DNA from: a virus
Taxonomy: Duplodnaviria; Caudoviricetes
Length of the DNA stretch: 64,000 bases
IMG/VR virus record: IMGVR_UViG_3300025849_003344
Reading direction: 5' to 3' (one strand)
Shown here: piece by piece, positions 37,289 to 47,334 of the stretch
How positions within the stretch are numbered: position 1 is the first letter of the stretch
How the letters are laid out: each line of letters opens with the position of its first letter
Notes under the pieces: model-generated
Databases searched by the model: none
What the model was told of the DNA's origin: nothing
What the model saw: the letters and a program-made list of their open reading frames with translations, nothing else
Program-made: the position numbers and the translations under genes

Positions 37289-38289
37289 TATGCTTCATCC
37301 TCATGAAATCTAATTATTTGCAGCGGGGAGGATCCAGGGGCGCCGCAGCAGCACGCGCCACCACACGTTTGGGCTGATGGAAGGCTCATCCCCTGCATCA
37401 TATAACCTGAATACTCCGACCGACCACCATAATCGCAACAGTATGTGTTCCGATGAGAGAACCCACCCATTCCTTGCTCGCAGAAATCAGTCATTCTTAT
37501 CATTACTGAACCACTTCTATAACCAGATTGCTTCCAGTTACCAAATGAAGACCACATGGGTTTTCCACAAATGCCGCTGTCACAGCGGTTAATACACGAT
37601 CCAGATTCGAAGCCATAGTTAGAAGACGCCTTACAATACACACAATCGTACCCATAATCTTCAGCGGGCGTTGGGTTTTCCAAACAGGATGAGTGGCAAG
37701 TCGCCATAGTACATCCACGACAAGATGGATGAAGCGCAGCACCGCTTGAGCCAAGTGCGCCATAATTACAGCATGGATTATAACCATAAGTACAGACACC
37801 TGCAGCGCCACATCCGCTTTCAGTCTTTATACAGTTAATAATTGTTCCACCAGCACCACCAGATCTATGCTGTACATTAGTATGACCGCTACATTTTCCA
37901 TTGCACTCCGGGGTGCAACAACCGCAACCACTGGAAACGCAAATGAATAGATGATCACTATCTCCAACCCATTGAGGAGAATATTTAGCAACGCCGCCAG
38001 ACCTACCAGATGAGCTTTGTTGGCAACAGCATGTGCCGCCTGATGGCCCACCGCCGCCAAACATATATATGTCGGTGCCACCATCTTCGAGTTTACCCTT
38101 TTTCATACTCCCGCCGCAAAACGTATGGCGCTTCCTGTCCATATGATAGTGTTGGTGGCCATAGTCTGTACCGCCGGCGCAGCCATTCATATCTGGTCCG
38201 TACGGACCAGTATATACTATAGTCTTATATTTTAAGTCAGACGTTGCCGTTATAGACCCAGGTTGAAATGTCGATAAATTTTTTGCCAT
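37288..38289 (-). CDS. Cys/Gly-rich adhesin-like virion protein, type B copy 2
   Basis: MAKNLSTFQPG, GGTCCCQ; 32 Cys in 333 aa by hand count. Confidence 0.6.
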   Translation of the reverse strand: MAKNLSTFQPGSITATSDLKYKTIVYTGPYGPDMNGCAGGTDYGHQHYHMDRKRHTFCGGSMKKGKLEDGGTDIYMFGGGGPSGGTCCCQQSSSGRSGGVAKYSPQWVGDSDHLFICVSSGCGCCTPECNGKCSGHTNVQHRSGGAGGTIINCIKTESGCGAAGVCTYGYNPCCNYGALGSSGAALHPSCRGCTMATCHSSCLENPTPAEDYGYDCVYCKASSNYGFESGSCINRCDSGICGKPMWSSFGNWKQSGYRSGSVMIRMTDFCEQGMGGFSHRNTYCCDYGGRSEYSGYMMQGMSLPSAQTCGGACCCGAPGSSPLQIIRFHEDEA

Positions 38290-39206
38290 TAGGTTCCATC
38301 CTCGAAAGTATTACAGCAGCTGTATGTTATCCTAATTCTTCCAGGACTCCAATATCCGCCACAAGCCGAGTTTCCACCGCAATGTGCTACACCTGGTTTA
38401 CCCCAACCTGCCATAAACACTTTGCCGCTTTCGGAGTTGCAAGAACCATAGAAGTCTGAAAGAATACCATCAGTAGGGCCTGATCCCCCACAACATATAT
38501 TAGTACTACTCAGCTGAAGATGTCCTATTAAATGGCCACCTCTTTTATTCCAAAGCCCACCTGGATAAGGTATACCTTGTCTATAATAGTTATAATTCGT
38601 TTGATCAAGGGCTGAGTCGATCAACTGAATAAATCCAGGATGCCCTCTAGTGCCTCCGTCAGCGCCAAAATATCTTGCTCCCTCATTTTCACTATCTTGG
38701 AACATATATTGTTTTGATCCATCTGCTGGCGCAAGATTGCAACATACTACAGAAGATGAGCATCCGTGTTCAGCACAGAAATTTGTCAACCCTGTGCCAG
38801 TAATCCAAGTGTGGCGATTGGTATTGTTACATGGCGTTGATTTTGTCGTATCAGATCCTCCATTTGGAGGATAACAGCAATATTGCCAAGCAGTATGAGT
38901 TCTATAACATGTGTTTGGAGTAACAGTCAAATATTTATATGCATACGCCCCAGCCGCGGCAGGTCCAGAGTACATACAATTGCATCCGCCACCCGGCGCG
39001 CCACCTGTGCCCCATATCTCAAACTTTACACAGCAGATATCTGCAGGCACGCAAAAGAATTGCTCATGTGTAAAATTCACACATGACCGATCCTCGTTAA
39101 AACGTGTTCTTGGAACATAATCCCATGTACAATAAGGAACTAGACCAGCAACGTCGACCGACGATGAGCCTATAGATTTTACAAAAGTGTTTAGATTCTT
39201 AGCCAT
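38289..39206 (-). CDS. Cys/Gly-rich adhesin-like virion protein, type A copy 2
   Basis: MAKNLNTFVKS, FEIWGTGG, GAYAYK, TNFCAE, KRGGHL, GRIRITYS. Confidence 0.6.
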   Translation of the reverse strand: MAKNLNTFVKSIGSSSVDVAGLVPYCTWDYVPRTRFNEDRSCVNFTHEQFFCVPADICCVKFEIWGTGGAPGGGCNCMYSGPAAAGAYAYKYLTVTPNTCYRTHTAWQYCCYPPNGGSDTTKSTPCNNTNRHTWITGTGLTNFCAEHGCSSSVVCCNLAPADGSKQYMFQDSENEGARYFGADGGTRGHPGFIQLIDSALDQTNYNYYRQGIPYPGGLWNKRGGHLIGHLQLSSTNICCGGSGPTDGILSDFYGSCNSESGKVFMAGWGKPGVAHCGGNSACGGYWSPGRIRITYSCCNTFEDGT

Positions 39207-39214
39207 ACTAATTC

Positions 39215-40294
39215 CTATTTATACGTGATAGCCACTAGGCCCATACCACCATAATCGCCACAGCAACATGTTCCGCCACATGTCCATGAACTTGCCCCAC
39301 CAACACCTATCATAGCACCACCATTATCAAATTGATTGTTAGCTACTGTTGAGCCCATCATCATCTGCCGTTCAGCGGTACCGTGCGGCCCAAACATTCC
39401 GAAGGAGGTGTTAACGCAATTCCGATAGTGATTGCCTACATGATATCCATACTTACTATTTAGTGTAGTTCCCATCCACCATTTCCCGCCAGGCATTGCA
39501 ATCCAGTGAATAAAGCTGGATTCATTACAACAGTTAGCTTCGAAGCAGCCGCAACAACCGTGCTGCCATTCAGAATGTAGTCCTCTTGACCCGCCATCTG
39601 CTCCATAGTAACAAGCAGTTCTAAATCTAGAACTATCGCTATCGTTAGGATCTCTGTCTAACATATCACAAGCCCTAACCCTAGCATCCTGTTCGAATGT
39701 TACGCCGCGGCCACCATTGGGGCCGTCAAAAAGCCGGGCACAGCCACCTCTGATATGCGCTTGAGCCGTAAAGCCAGGATTCCCGCCTTCAGCACAAAAG
39801 TTTGTAAGACCTGGGCCAGTTACATAAGCAGTGATACCTTTACATCCTGCCATAATATAACAAGTGCAACTGGCGGCCGTGGCGTCCCAGCTTTCCGCAG
39901 CCGTTCCCGGAGGGCAACAGAAATGCGCGGCTGAGGTGGAGCAAGATAATGTTTGCACATCACCTAAGCATGAAACATATCTGTCACCTGCTGAAAACCC
40001 GCTTGTTATTTTCTTATATGCATACGCTCCAGCACCAGCGTGAAAACCTTGCATACAACAATGTGAGCCGGCTCCAACGCCTCCGCTTCCCCATGCATGG
40101 ACAGTTATTTCTGAGGTCCCCGGAGGAACTATCCAAACGTCTTTAGTCCCACCCGCATTTGCGGAAGATCCATGACGCGTGATCCAGTCCACACCGGTGC
40201 CGATTTTCTGATTAGTAAACCAATGAACTTTCACCTCGGTCTCGGCAACTTGGGAAGGTGCCAAATTAATTAGAGATTGTAATGTTTTAGCCAT
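39215..40294 (-). CDS. Cys/Gly-rich adhesin-like virion protein, type C copy 1
   Basis: MAKTLQSL, HAWGSGG, GAYAYK, TNFCAEGG, TCGGTCCCG. Confidence 0.6.
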   Translation of the reverse strand: MAKTLQSLINLAPSQVAETEVKVHWFTNQKIGTGVDWITRHGSSANAGGTKDVWIVPPGTSEITVHAWGSGGVGAGSHCCMQGFHAGAGAYAYKKITSGFSAGDRYVSCLGDVQTLSCSTSAAHFCCPPGTAAESWDATAASCTCYIMAGCKGITAYVTGPGLTNFCAEGGNPGFTAQAHIRGGCARLFDGPNGGRGVTFEQDARVRACDMLDRDPNDSDSSRFRTACYYGADGGSRGLHSEWQHGCCGCFEANCCNESSFIHWIAMPGGKWWMGTTLNSKYGYHVGNHYRNCVNTSFGMFGPHGTAERQMMMGSTVANNQFDNGGAMIGVGGASSWTCGGTCCCGDYGGMGLVAITYK

Positions 40295-40315
40295 ATTATC
40301 CTACTTTTCCTAGCA

Positions 40316-41260
40316 CTATTTATACCAAATAGTAATGAATGCAGGCTGCCCCGGCCCACCGCAATAACAGTTGCCACCCGTGGCAACCGCCGGAAATCCG
40401 CCAGTTCCGGCCGTACAAATTCCGCCCATACCAAAGGATGGGTTTGTTCCCCCAAACATTCTCATGAAACCACATGTTGTGGTCCCGCCATGTTGGTTGT
40501 CTGTTTTGGTCATCGGCGCGCCGGCATAGTGTGATAAATTAGTTTTAAAATGATTGAGATCTGCAAAATGACTAGTTCCGCACAACGTATTTGGCGGGCT
40601 CGCACAACATGCTGTAACGACAAAACCTGGGCGTGATTTAAATACGTTTGCGTCTGAATCAAAAATAGCTCCTTTAGTAGTGGCTATAGAGCATGCCTGA
40701 CACCCATATACGCTTATATTGGATATCTGATTGTCTGGCTCCCAACATCTACCCGCGGTCGTGCTGCTGATATCACCCCAACAGTGGCAGAAACAATTGC
40801 TTTGGTTTTGCATATTACAGCATGATCTCGTGCATGCCGCGCCATCAGCCTTAAAAACAAGCTCACTATTAGTATCGTTATATATTTCAATCTGGCAGCC
40901 TTGTTGACCATTATCAGTTGCAACACAACAGCCACCGGCGCGGATACAGAAGCACCATTTTTCATCTGCTACAACATCTACATCCAATATTCCTGAAGAA
41001 CCTGAATTGCCAGGCACACTGGTCTGGCAACAGTTAGTACCACCTGTACTAGATCCGTTAGCCACATAAAAGAATTTAGCTTGTGTGATTCCGGTAGGAA
41101 CTGTCCACTTATATCCATGCCCACCATAATTAGGGGTACGCGGGCCTACACCGTTGTGACATCCATTCCCAGCTCTAAACGTCTGAACCTGCCAGCTGCC
41201 AAGACCTAGAGTTACCTCGCCAGCCATGCCCGGCGCAAATTGTGTTATATTTTTCGCCAT
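40316..41260 (-). CDS. Cys/Gly-rich adhesin-like virion protein, type B copy 1
   Basis: MAKNITQFAPG, GGTNCCQ, GGNCYCG. Confidence 0.6.
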   Translation of the reverse strand: MAKNITQFAPGMAGEVTLGLGSWQVQTFRAGNGCHNGVGPRTPNYGGHGYKWTVPTGITQAKFFYVANGSSTGGTNCCQTSVPGNSGSSGILDVDVVADEKWCFCIRAGGCCVATDNGQQGCQIEIYNDTNSELVFKADGAACTRSCCNMQNQSNCFCHCWGDISSTTAGRCWEPDNQISNISVYGCQACSIATTKGAIFDSDANVFKSRPGFVVTACCASPPNTLCGTSHFADLNHFKTNLSHYAGAPMTKTDNQHGGTTTCGFMRMFGGTNPSFGMGGICTAGTGGFPAVATGGNCYCGGPGQPAFITIWYK

Positions 41261-41268
41261 AGTTCCTA

Positions 41269-42177
41269 CTAACTGAATAAAATTCTAATTTTGCCCGCTT
41301 CGTTTAGGTGCCCGCATTTTGTGGTGCCGGCGCAAATTGTGTACCCAGGCGAGCCCATTCCAGCCATCTCCCAATTTTGTGGGATAGCGGATTCAAGGCC
41401 CGTTGCGATGCACATCCCCTGGTCCATATTCATACCAAGCATGCGGTACATGATCTGTGCTGAAACATCGTTACAACAAGCTGCAACTTGAATATGACCA
41501 CCTAATTTACCATAAACATTACATCCTGGTAATGGTGCCCAAAACCGAAAATTACAAAGGGATGTAGCTATACCTAGACTATTAGTTGTTAAGTACCCCT
41601 TTTCGCCACGAAGTCCATTTTCTGCTCCATAGTAACAAGCCCTATTAGGTCCTCCAGCAGAATCACCGTTTCCGTAATATGGAGTTGCACTATCAAATAA
41701 ACTAGCAGCAAAACCAAGTGTATCGCAACACACGTATCCGGAATGATAGCCAGATTGTGCACAAAAATTAGTTAAGCCAGTTCCTATAACATACGTGTCG
41801 CCATGCGCGGAATCTCTAATATCTCCAGCTAACCAAGTAGCATCATAGGTATGGCAACATCTTTTCACTCCGCCATGAATCGCGTAACAGTCGCCTGGAG
41901 TAACACTTACGGTTTTATATGCATAAGCTCCAGAGCTACTAGGAACACCTACACCACATCCAGTTCCGCCGCCCACATATCCGCCAGCCCCCCAAATATG
42001 AAATGTTGCTGTTGAAATTCCAGGTGGAACGCACCAAGATGTCCAATTCGCGCCATGATTACACGCGCACTGCCCCATGGCGGTTGGAACCCAGTCAAAG
42101 ATATGTTGGTCTTTAAATGGCAATGGGTTCCCCCCAGAAGAGAAGCTTTTTACATATCTTGATAAATTTTTAGCCAT
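41269..42177 (-). CDS. Cys/Gly-rich adhesin-like virion protein, type A copy 1
   Basis: MAKNLSRYVKS, FHIWGAGG, GAYAYK, TNFCAQ, KLGGHI, GKIRILFS. Confidence 0.6.
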   Translation of the reverse strand: MAKNLSRYVKSFSSGGNPLPFKDQHIFDWVPTAMGQCACNHGANWTSWCVPPGISTATFHIWGAGGYVGGGTGCGVGVPSSSGAYAYKTVSVTPGDCYAIHGGVKRCCHTYDATWLAGDIRDSAHGDTYVIGTGLTNFCAQSGYHSGYVCCDTLGFAASLFDSATPYYGNGDSAGGPNRACYYGAENGLRGEKGYLTTNSLGIATSLCNFRFWAPLPGCNVYGKLGGHIQVAACCNDVSAQIMYRMLGMNMDQGMCIATGLESAIPQNWEMAGMGSPGYTICAGTTKCGHLNEAGKIRILFS

Positions 42178-42203
42178 GATGTGTTCCTAAATTAATTTAT
42201 TAC

Positions 42204-42629
42204 TTATCCTTGAACGACAAATTGCCATCCATAAGTATCACCAGACCATACAATCTGTACAGCAATACCTTGAGTATTAATTAGAATATCACTGTCCTGA
42301 CCAAGAATTTTTTCACCGGTTGCAGGAGAAATTGTAAAGTTATTTGTTGCAAAGTTTTGCGCAAGGTCAACAAAAGTAATTTTACCATCGCCAGCAACGT
42401 TTCCACTCACTGATGGAAGTGTTGCAGTAACTGCTGCAGAAGATGTGTTTACAAAGTGTCCACCATAACTATCAGCGTTAAAGTCAACAGCATCTGTTGA
42501 CCATGAAGTCGATTGTTCGATACCATTTGCTGCTTTAGTAAGATACGCTAATTGTTCTGGGGTCGCAGAAGTAATAGACGTATTAATCTTATCAAGCAAC
42601 GCATTTCTGACTGTATCAATACTTGCCAT
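42204..42629 (-). CDS. Small tail-fibre module protein
   Basis: GHFVNTSSAAVTATLP...ITFVD....FATNNFTI...E.I.G....IL.....QIVWSG..YGW, a domain recalled from marine phage fibres. Confidence 0.6.
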   Translation of the reverse strand: MASIDTVRNALLDKINTSITSATPEQLAYLTKAANGIEQSTSWSTDAVDFNADSYGGHFVNTSSAAVTATLPSVSGNVAGDGKITFVDLAQNFATNNFTISPATGEKILGQDSDILINTQGIAVQIVWSGDTYGWQFVVQG

Positions 42630-42661
42630 TTTTTATTTCCTTTTACTGTGGTTATCTCTAT

Positions 42662-45600
42662 TTATTTAAGATTTTTACCATCATTTTTTGTTACATCATA
42701 GATATTAAATCCCATGAATAGCTCTGTGGCTAATGCACCGGATTTAGCGTTTGCGGGTAAGGACAATGAGGATGCTCCTTCAAGCTTTGTATCCACGTAT
42801 GTCTTAACTGCTGACTCTGTAGGTACGGCCGTGGTTGAATTACCAGATAATGTGCCGTCCGTTGAGAATTCGTTAATAGAAGCACCTAGCTGAGCACCAA
42901 TCGAACCAAGTCTCAATGATGTCAAACCTGAAAGGTCAAATGCCGATGCATCCAATGTTGCTCGACCAGTCGCCTGATCAATTCTAAAGTAATTACCAAC
43001 TCTAAAGTTACCAGATTGGTCAGTAGATACGTAGTAAACGCGGCCTTGAGCCAATTCAACCACTTCATTAGCTTGTGCTGGTTGTTGGTTTGGATCTCCA
43101 GGATAATTTGTTTGTGTTTTATTACCAGTACCAATATTCAAGAAGTCATGACCTGTAAGTCTTGCTTGTGAATAGTTATATCTGATTTTTACTTGTTGTC
43201 CTTCAGCAGCAGGTCTTTGTGAAGTTTTCTCTTGAGCAAAGACTAACAGAACATTACCAGTAGCCGAGTCGTAATCAGTGACAGTTTGAATAACGTAGCT
43301 TCCGATTGAATCGTAACCTGAATCTCCTAAGTTTCCAACAAATTCTAATGATCCACCTGGTCTTGGCTTAGCGGCAGTAAATCCGTCAAACGCCATAGTA
43401 AATCCATATTGATCGTGGGCAGTATCGCTATCTGATAGAATTGCTGATACAACTCCTGCGCTATCTTCAATAGAGTCACCATCAATAAATCCAGTGCCGA
43501 TAATGTTATCGATAATAATTTTATTTGCACCTGGCTGATGATTAATTACAGTAGCTCTTGGCCCAACCGCAAAGATTTGTGCCGAGTCAAGGTCATCACC
43601 TGAGTCAGTAAGTCTTAGAGTACCACCAGATGTATATACTGAATATGACGTAGCATTTACGTCCGATGGATCTACAATCGTAAATTCACCATGTAGTGTT
43701 CCAGTTCCGCTATTTGCATAGTGAAGAGTATTTGGAGCAGAGCTGTCAACTTCAATAACCATACGGTTACCTGCTGTTGCTCTTGAATTTCTAACGCCAG
43801 TTGTATATTCGCCGCTATAAGAAACTGCTGACCATCCAGTCGAATCTGTTGTAGTTAGATAGAATGCGCCACTAACTGATGAATCAATATCAAATAGATA
43901 TTTAGAACCACGATAAAGTGTAGCATTCGGTTCAACTGAAGCCGAATATGATTGTCCGCCAATTGTACCAGTCAAAGTATAGTCTGCACCGGTTTTTGCA
44001 ACCGTAATATGACTATGTTCAGCTTCACGCAAATTAATGGTTGAAGACGTATGATCATGAACACTAAAGTGCTGGTTATTAACCTGCGTCATTCCGCCAA
44101 CGTTTTGAATGCGTAGAAGATCCCAGCTATCAAACGAATGAGATGCTACAGTTACAGTCATTGGATTTGAACGAGTAATATCTGTAATACCAACGTTCGT
44201 GACCGATCTTCCACCAATCGATGTACCATCTGCCGGATTTGACAATCCAGTATTAGTGTAAAGATCCATTGTATTTGAATCAATTATATCGGCATAATAT
44301 TCTGTAGTTTCATCAAATGAAGCCCAAGAAGCAGGAAGTTGAGGATCTACTCGAATGAGATGACCGTCTGAAAGACCGTGAGGTTCTTTTGTACCAATAC
44401 GAATGGGGCTAGATCTAGTTAAGAATGATACTTGTTTTAAACGATCTGGAGATTTAATAATTGCATTGTTTGCAAAGTCTCCTCCTAGATTTGTACCATC
44501 CTGATAGTCTAAGCTATAACCACGAACATTACCGTTGTTTGTTGTTTCTGTAGAATCGAATCCGTATGAAACAGCGCCATAACGACCGTAAGAGTTGTTA
44601 CCGTTTAGAGCACGAATAAATCCACCGTCCGATGTTGCATATCCAAAATCGCAATAATAAGTAAAGCATGATACAATCTCAGCTTTACCATTTCTTCGTA
44701 CCCAGAAACCAACACCGCCGTCATGAATTTGTGTATATGTGTGGAATACCATTGATCCATTGTTATTTGGATCGTTATTCAAACCACCATCAACAATTGC
44801 TCCAATACCTCCGGTTGAAAAGGCAGAACATTCTTTGATATAAGGAGATTTTGTAATTACCGCAGCTGGATCTAGTCGTAAAAATACACCACCGACTGTA
44901 GCTGTTTCAATGTGATCTGGTCCATTAGAATCTGGAATAAATCCAGTTAGTCCAGATAAAACAAGCTCTTTCATTAAGACACCATTGTTCAATAAGAACA
45001 TGGTTTCTTGTTCATCGCCAGCTTGTGGTTTAATAAAGCAGTTACGTTGGCCAGCGCCCATCACAGTAACATTTGTTGGAATTGTAATAGGAAGCTGTTC
45101 TTCGTAAGATCCTTCGGAAATATGAACCACCGCAGTTGAATCTACATTTTTATTTGCAGTAATGTGATCCATTGCATAACGTACAGATGCAAATGGTTTT
45201 TGTTTTGATACGCCTGAAGACGCACTATCGATTCCATCCGGAGATATATAAAAAGTATTTGGTGAGTTATCAGTATAGTCTAACAAAAAGCCTGACGCAT
45301 CGTTTTTAACAACAATAGATTTACCAACATCACCCGCTGTAATTGTAGGAAGAGCTCCTGAACCACCAGCAGCAAAGACTGTCCATCTACCGTCTGACTC
45401 ATCATTAGCAAAGTTAGACGTCGACGTATGAGTATTTTGCGCAATGTACGATGATGTACCAGATTGAATAATATCGTTTACGACATAAAGGGTGGATTGT
45501 CCCCAAGTTCCTCTATTTCGAACACCTTCAGCAAACGCTACAATTTTACTTGAACTTAAGTCGGTTGCAAAAGTTCCTGAAGTGTGAGCTTGTTCTACGA

Positions 45601-46612
45601 TATATGTTGTACCACCGTATTTTACCAACGTGCCAGGCAAATAAGTTTGCGCTGTCGCCCATGTTCCACCATTACTAACACTATCAATTAATATGCGCCA
45701 TGCAGTTGGCGTAGCGGATGGGGTAGAACCTGTAGAAGCTAACAAGGCAAGATAAAGTTGACCACCAGCAAGAACTACTTCACCTGGATAATATTTTCTT
45801 GCGGCGTCATAATTACCTACAAATGATTGACCATCTAGGAAAGATTCCCAATAAATGGTGTTAATTGGATGAGTTCCGGTTATATCGCCTTTAGCTTTAT
45901 ATAGATTTCCACCAAATCTTACGATATCATTTTTGACATATGCAGTAGCGCTATCAAAAGAATCTTTTAAATCAAAGCCACCAACAAATTGTTCCCAGTT
46001 TGGACTACCTTGGCTCGGAGCCGTACCGCTAACATCTTGTAAAGCCTTATAAGTTGTACCACCGTAAGTTACAATATCGTCTTTTTGATATGAAGCGGCA
46101 GCGCTATATGTTCCTTCAACCTGAAGACCTGATGAAAACACATCCCATGCAGAATCTACCGCGCTTGGTACTTCAGAAGTAGTATCTCTTTTGGCAACAT
46201 AAGAGGTACCGCCGTGAGTAACAATATCAGATAGTTGATAAGCTGATGCGCTATCCCATACACCTTCATATTGAAGACCGTCAACAAACTTTGAATAATG
46301 CGATAAGCTAGGAGGTGTTACCCCGGTAACCGTATCGGCAGTAACAACATAAACGGTACCACCATATGAAAAGCCGTCGCCAATCACGTATGTTGTAGCA
46401 GCGTTATAGACTCCTTCAAAATTGAAGCCTTCCATCATCAGATCCCAATACGTAGTATTGGTTGGTACGTTACCTGATAACGCCGTACCGTATTTGTATA
46501 CGTATACGTTACCACCGTATTTTACTACGTCGTTCCATTCGTATACCTTAGAGCCACTATAAACTCCTTGATATTCGAATCTGATTTTACCTAAATCAAT
46601 TATTGTTGCCAT
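42662..46612 (-). CDS. Large multidomain tail-fibre or spike protein (CBM-like repeats plus a pectin-lyase-like region)
   Basis: Eight W/Y-x4-Y-x2-D-x-V-x-YGG-x-Y repeats; FYISPDG..KPFASV beta-helix entry; C-terminal SARLTGHDFLNIGTG and FSTDGTLSGNS. Confidence 0.7.
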   Translation of the reverse strand: MATIIDLGKIRFEYQGVYSGSKVYEWNDVVKYGGNVYVYKYGTALSGNVPTNTTYWDLMMEGFNFEGVYNAATTYVIGDGFSYGGTVYVVTADTVTGVTPPSLSHYSKFVDGLQYEGVWDSASAYQLSDIVTHGGTSYVAKRDTTSEVPSAVDSAWDVFSSGLQVEGTYSAAASYQKDDIVTYGGTTYKALQDVSGTAPSQGSPNWEQFVGGFDLKDSFDSATAYVKNDIVRFGGNLYKAKGDITGTHPINTIYWESFLDGQSFVGNYDAARKYYPGEVVLAGGQLYLALLASTGSTPSATPTAWRILIDSVSNGGTWATAQTYLPGTLVKYGGTTYIVEQAHTSGTFATDLSSSKIVAFAEGVRNRGTWGQSTLYVVNDIIQSGTSSYIAQNTHTSTSNFANDESDGRWTVFAAGGSGALPTITAGDVGKSIVVKNDASGFLLDYTDNSPNTFYISPDGIDSASSGVSKQKPFASVRYAMDHITANKNVDSTAVVHISEGSYEEQLPITIPTNVTVMGAGQRNCFIKPQAGDEQETMFLLNNGVLMKELVLSGLTGFIPDSNGPDHIETATVGGVFLRLDPAAVITKSPYIKECSAFSTGGIGAIVDGGLNNDPNNNGSMVFHTYTQIHDGGVGFWVRRNGKAEIVSCFTYYCDFGYATSDGGFIRALNGNNSYGRYGAVSYGFDSTETTNNGNVRGYSLDYQDGTNLGGDFANNAIIKSPDRLKQVSFLTRSSPIRIGTKEPHGLSDGHLIRVDPQLPASWASFDETTEYYADIIDSNTMDLYTNTGLSNPADGTSIGGRSVTNVGITDITRSNPMTVTVASHSFDSWDLLRIQNVGGMTQVNNQHFSVHDHTSSTINLREAEHSHITVAKTGADYTLTGTIGGQSYSASVEPNATLYRGSKYLFDIDSSVSGAFYLTTTDSTGWSAVSYSGEYTTGVRNSRATAGNRMVIEVDSSAPNTLHYANSGTGTLHGEFTIVDPSDVNATSYSVYTSGGTLRLTDSGDDLDSAQIFAVGPRATVINHQPGANKIIIDNIIGTGFIDGDSIEDSAGVVSAILSDSDTAHDQYGFTMAFDGFTAAKPRPGGSLEFVGNLGDSGYDSIGSYVIQTVTDYDSATGNVLLVFAQEKTSQRPAAEGQQVKIRYNYSQARLTGHDFLNIGTGNKTQTNYPGDPNQQPAQANEVVELAQGRVYYVSTDQSGNFRVGNYFRIDQATGRATLDASAFDLSGLTSLRLGSIGAQLGASINEFSTDGTLSGNSTTAVPTESAVKTYVDTKLEGASSLSLPANAKSGALATELFMGFNIYDVTKNDGKNLK
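45380..46580 (-). repeat. Eight tandem repeats of about 47 aa, CBM5/12-like (coordinates approximate)
   Basis: e.g. WDSASAYQLSDIVTHGGTSY, YSAAASYQKDDIVTYGGTTY, FDSATAYVKNDIVRFGGNLY. Confidence 0.7.
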
Positions 46613-46633
46613 AGGACTAGTGTCTCCGGATCA

Positions 46634-46948
46634 TTAATACACAACCATTTCTATATGGCCGGTATTGTTATTAAATCGAAATGTAATTGCATCTACTGAC
46701 CAAAAATGTGCTTTGTAGTCGTCAGGATGCATAAATGTTACGTTAGAATCCGTTGCTGTAGAATCAACATAGGATCTGTATGCAGTATGGTTAGCCGAAG
46801 GTAATTTTACCGTATCGCTATCGTGTGGTTTAATTACTTCAATGTCTAAATGGCCTACGCTGTCAAGTTTAAAGCCATAAGAAGTTTTATCCGAAAAAGA
46901 AGTTCCAGTATAAACTCCACCTTCGTTATCGTGACCATAAGAACTCAT
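46634..46948 (-). CDS. Small virion-associated hypothetical protein
   Basis: In the late operon; C-terminal FRFNNNTGHIEMV; four DS motifs. Confidence 0.55.
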   Translation of the reverse strand: MSSYGHDNEGGVYTGTSFSDKTSYGFKLDSVGHLDIEVIKPHDSDTVKLPSANHTAYRSYVDSTATDSNVTFMHPDDYKAHFWSVDAITFRFNNNTGHIEMVVY

Positions 46949-47283
46949 GTTTCAACTTCCTGTACAACGGTCATGATAATACTAAATGCATTATCTAATG
47001 GAGCTGATACTTTAATTAAATCTCCATTTTCTACCATTACTTTAGAGTTATTTATAAGTAAGTCAACGGTGTCATTTGGTAGAATTCTTTTATTAAATGC
47101 CATATAAATTATATCAGATCCACGGACTAATTTAACAGTAATAGGCAATGCCGAACCAAAAATATTGGTTGTCATCATACTAACAATTAAATGTCGGCCA
47201 GTCAATCCTGCAGGAGCGGTGTACAGAGTTTGTTCTGTACTTCCTACATTTTTAACAAAACTGGTTTCGAATACTGCTGCCAT
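46945..47283 (-). CDS. Small beta-rich virion structural protein
   Basis: MAAVFETSFVKNVGSTEQTLYTAP...GDLIKV; first gene after a late promoter. Confidence 0.6.
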   Translation of the reverse strand: MAAVFETSFVKNVGSTEQTLYTAPAGLTGRHLIVSMMTTNIFGSALPITVKLVRGSDIIYMAFNKRILPNDTVDLLINNSKVMVENGDLIKVSAPLDNAFSIIMTVVQEVET

Positions 47284-47308
47284 TTTACCTACTGAATCTT
47301 TTATTGTT

Positions 47309-47316
47309 TATTTATA
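47309..47316 (-). promoter_or_regulatory. Late promoter for the 47283-35552 fibre operon
   Basis: Exact intergenic TATAAATA. Confidence 0.85.
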
Positions 47317-47334
47317 TAAATCTGAATTACAAAT

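Noticed and set aside
36248-42177. Diversity-generating retroelement acting on the Cys-rich genes
   Set aside because: No reverse transcriptase and no near-identical template/variable repeat pair differing at adenines in the window
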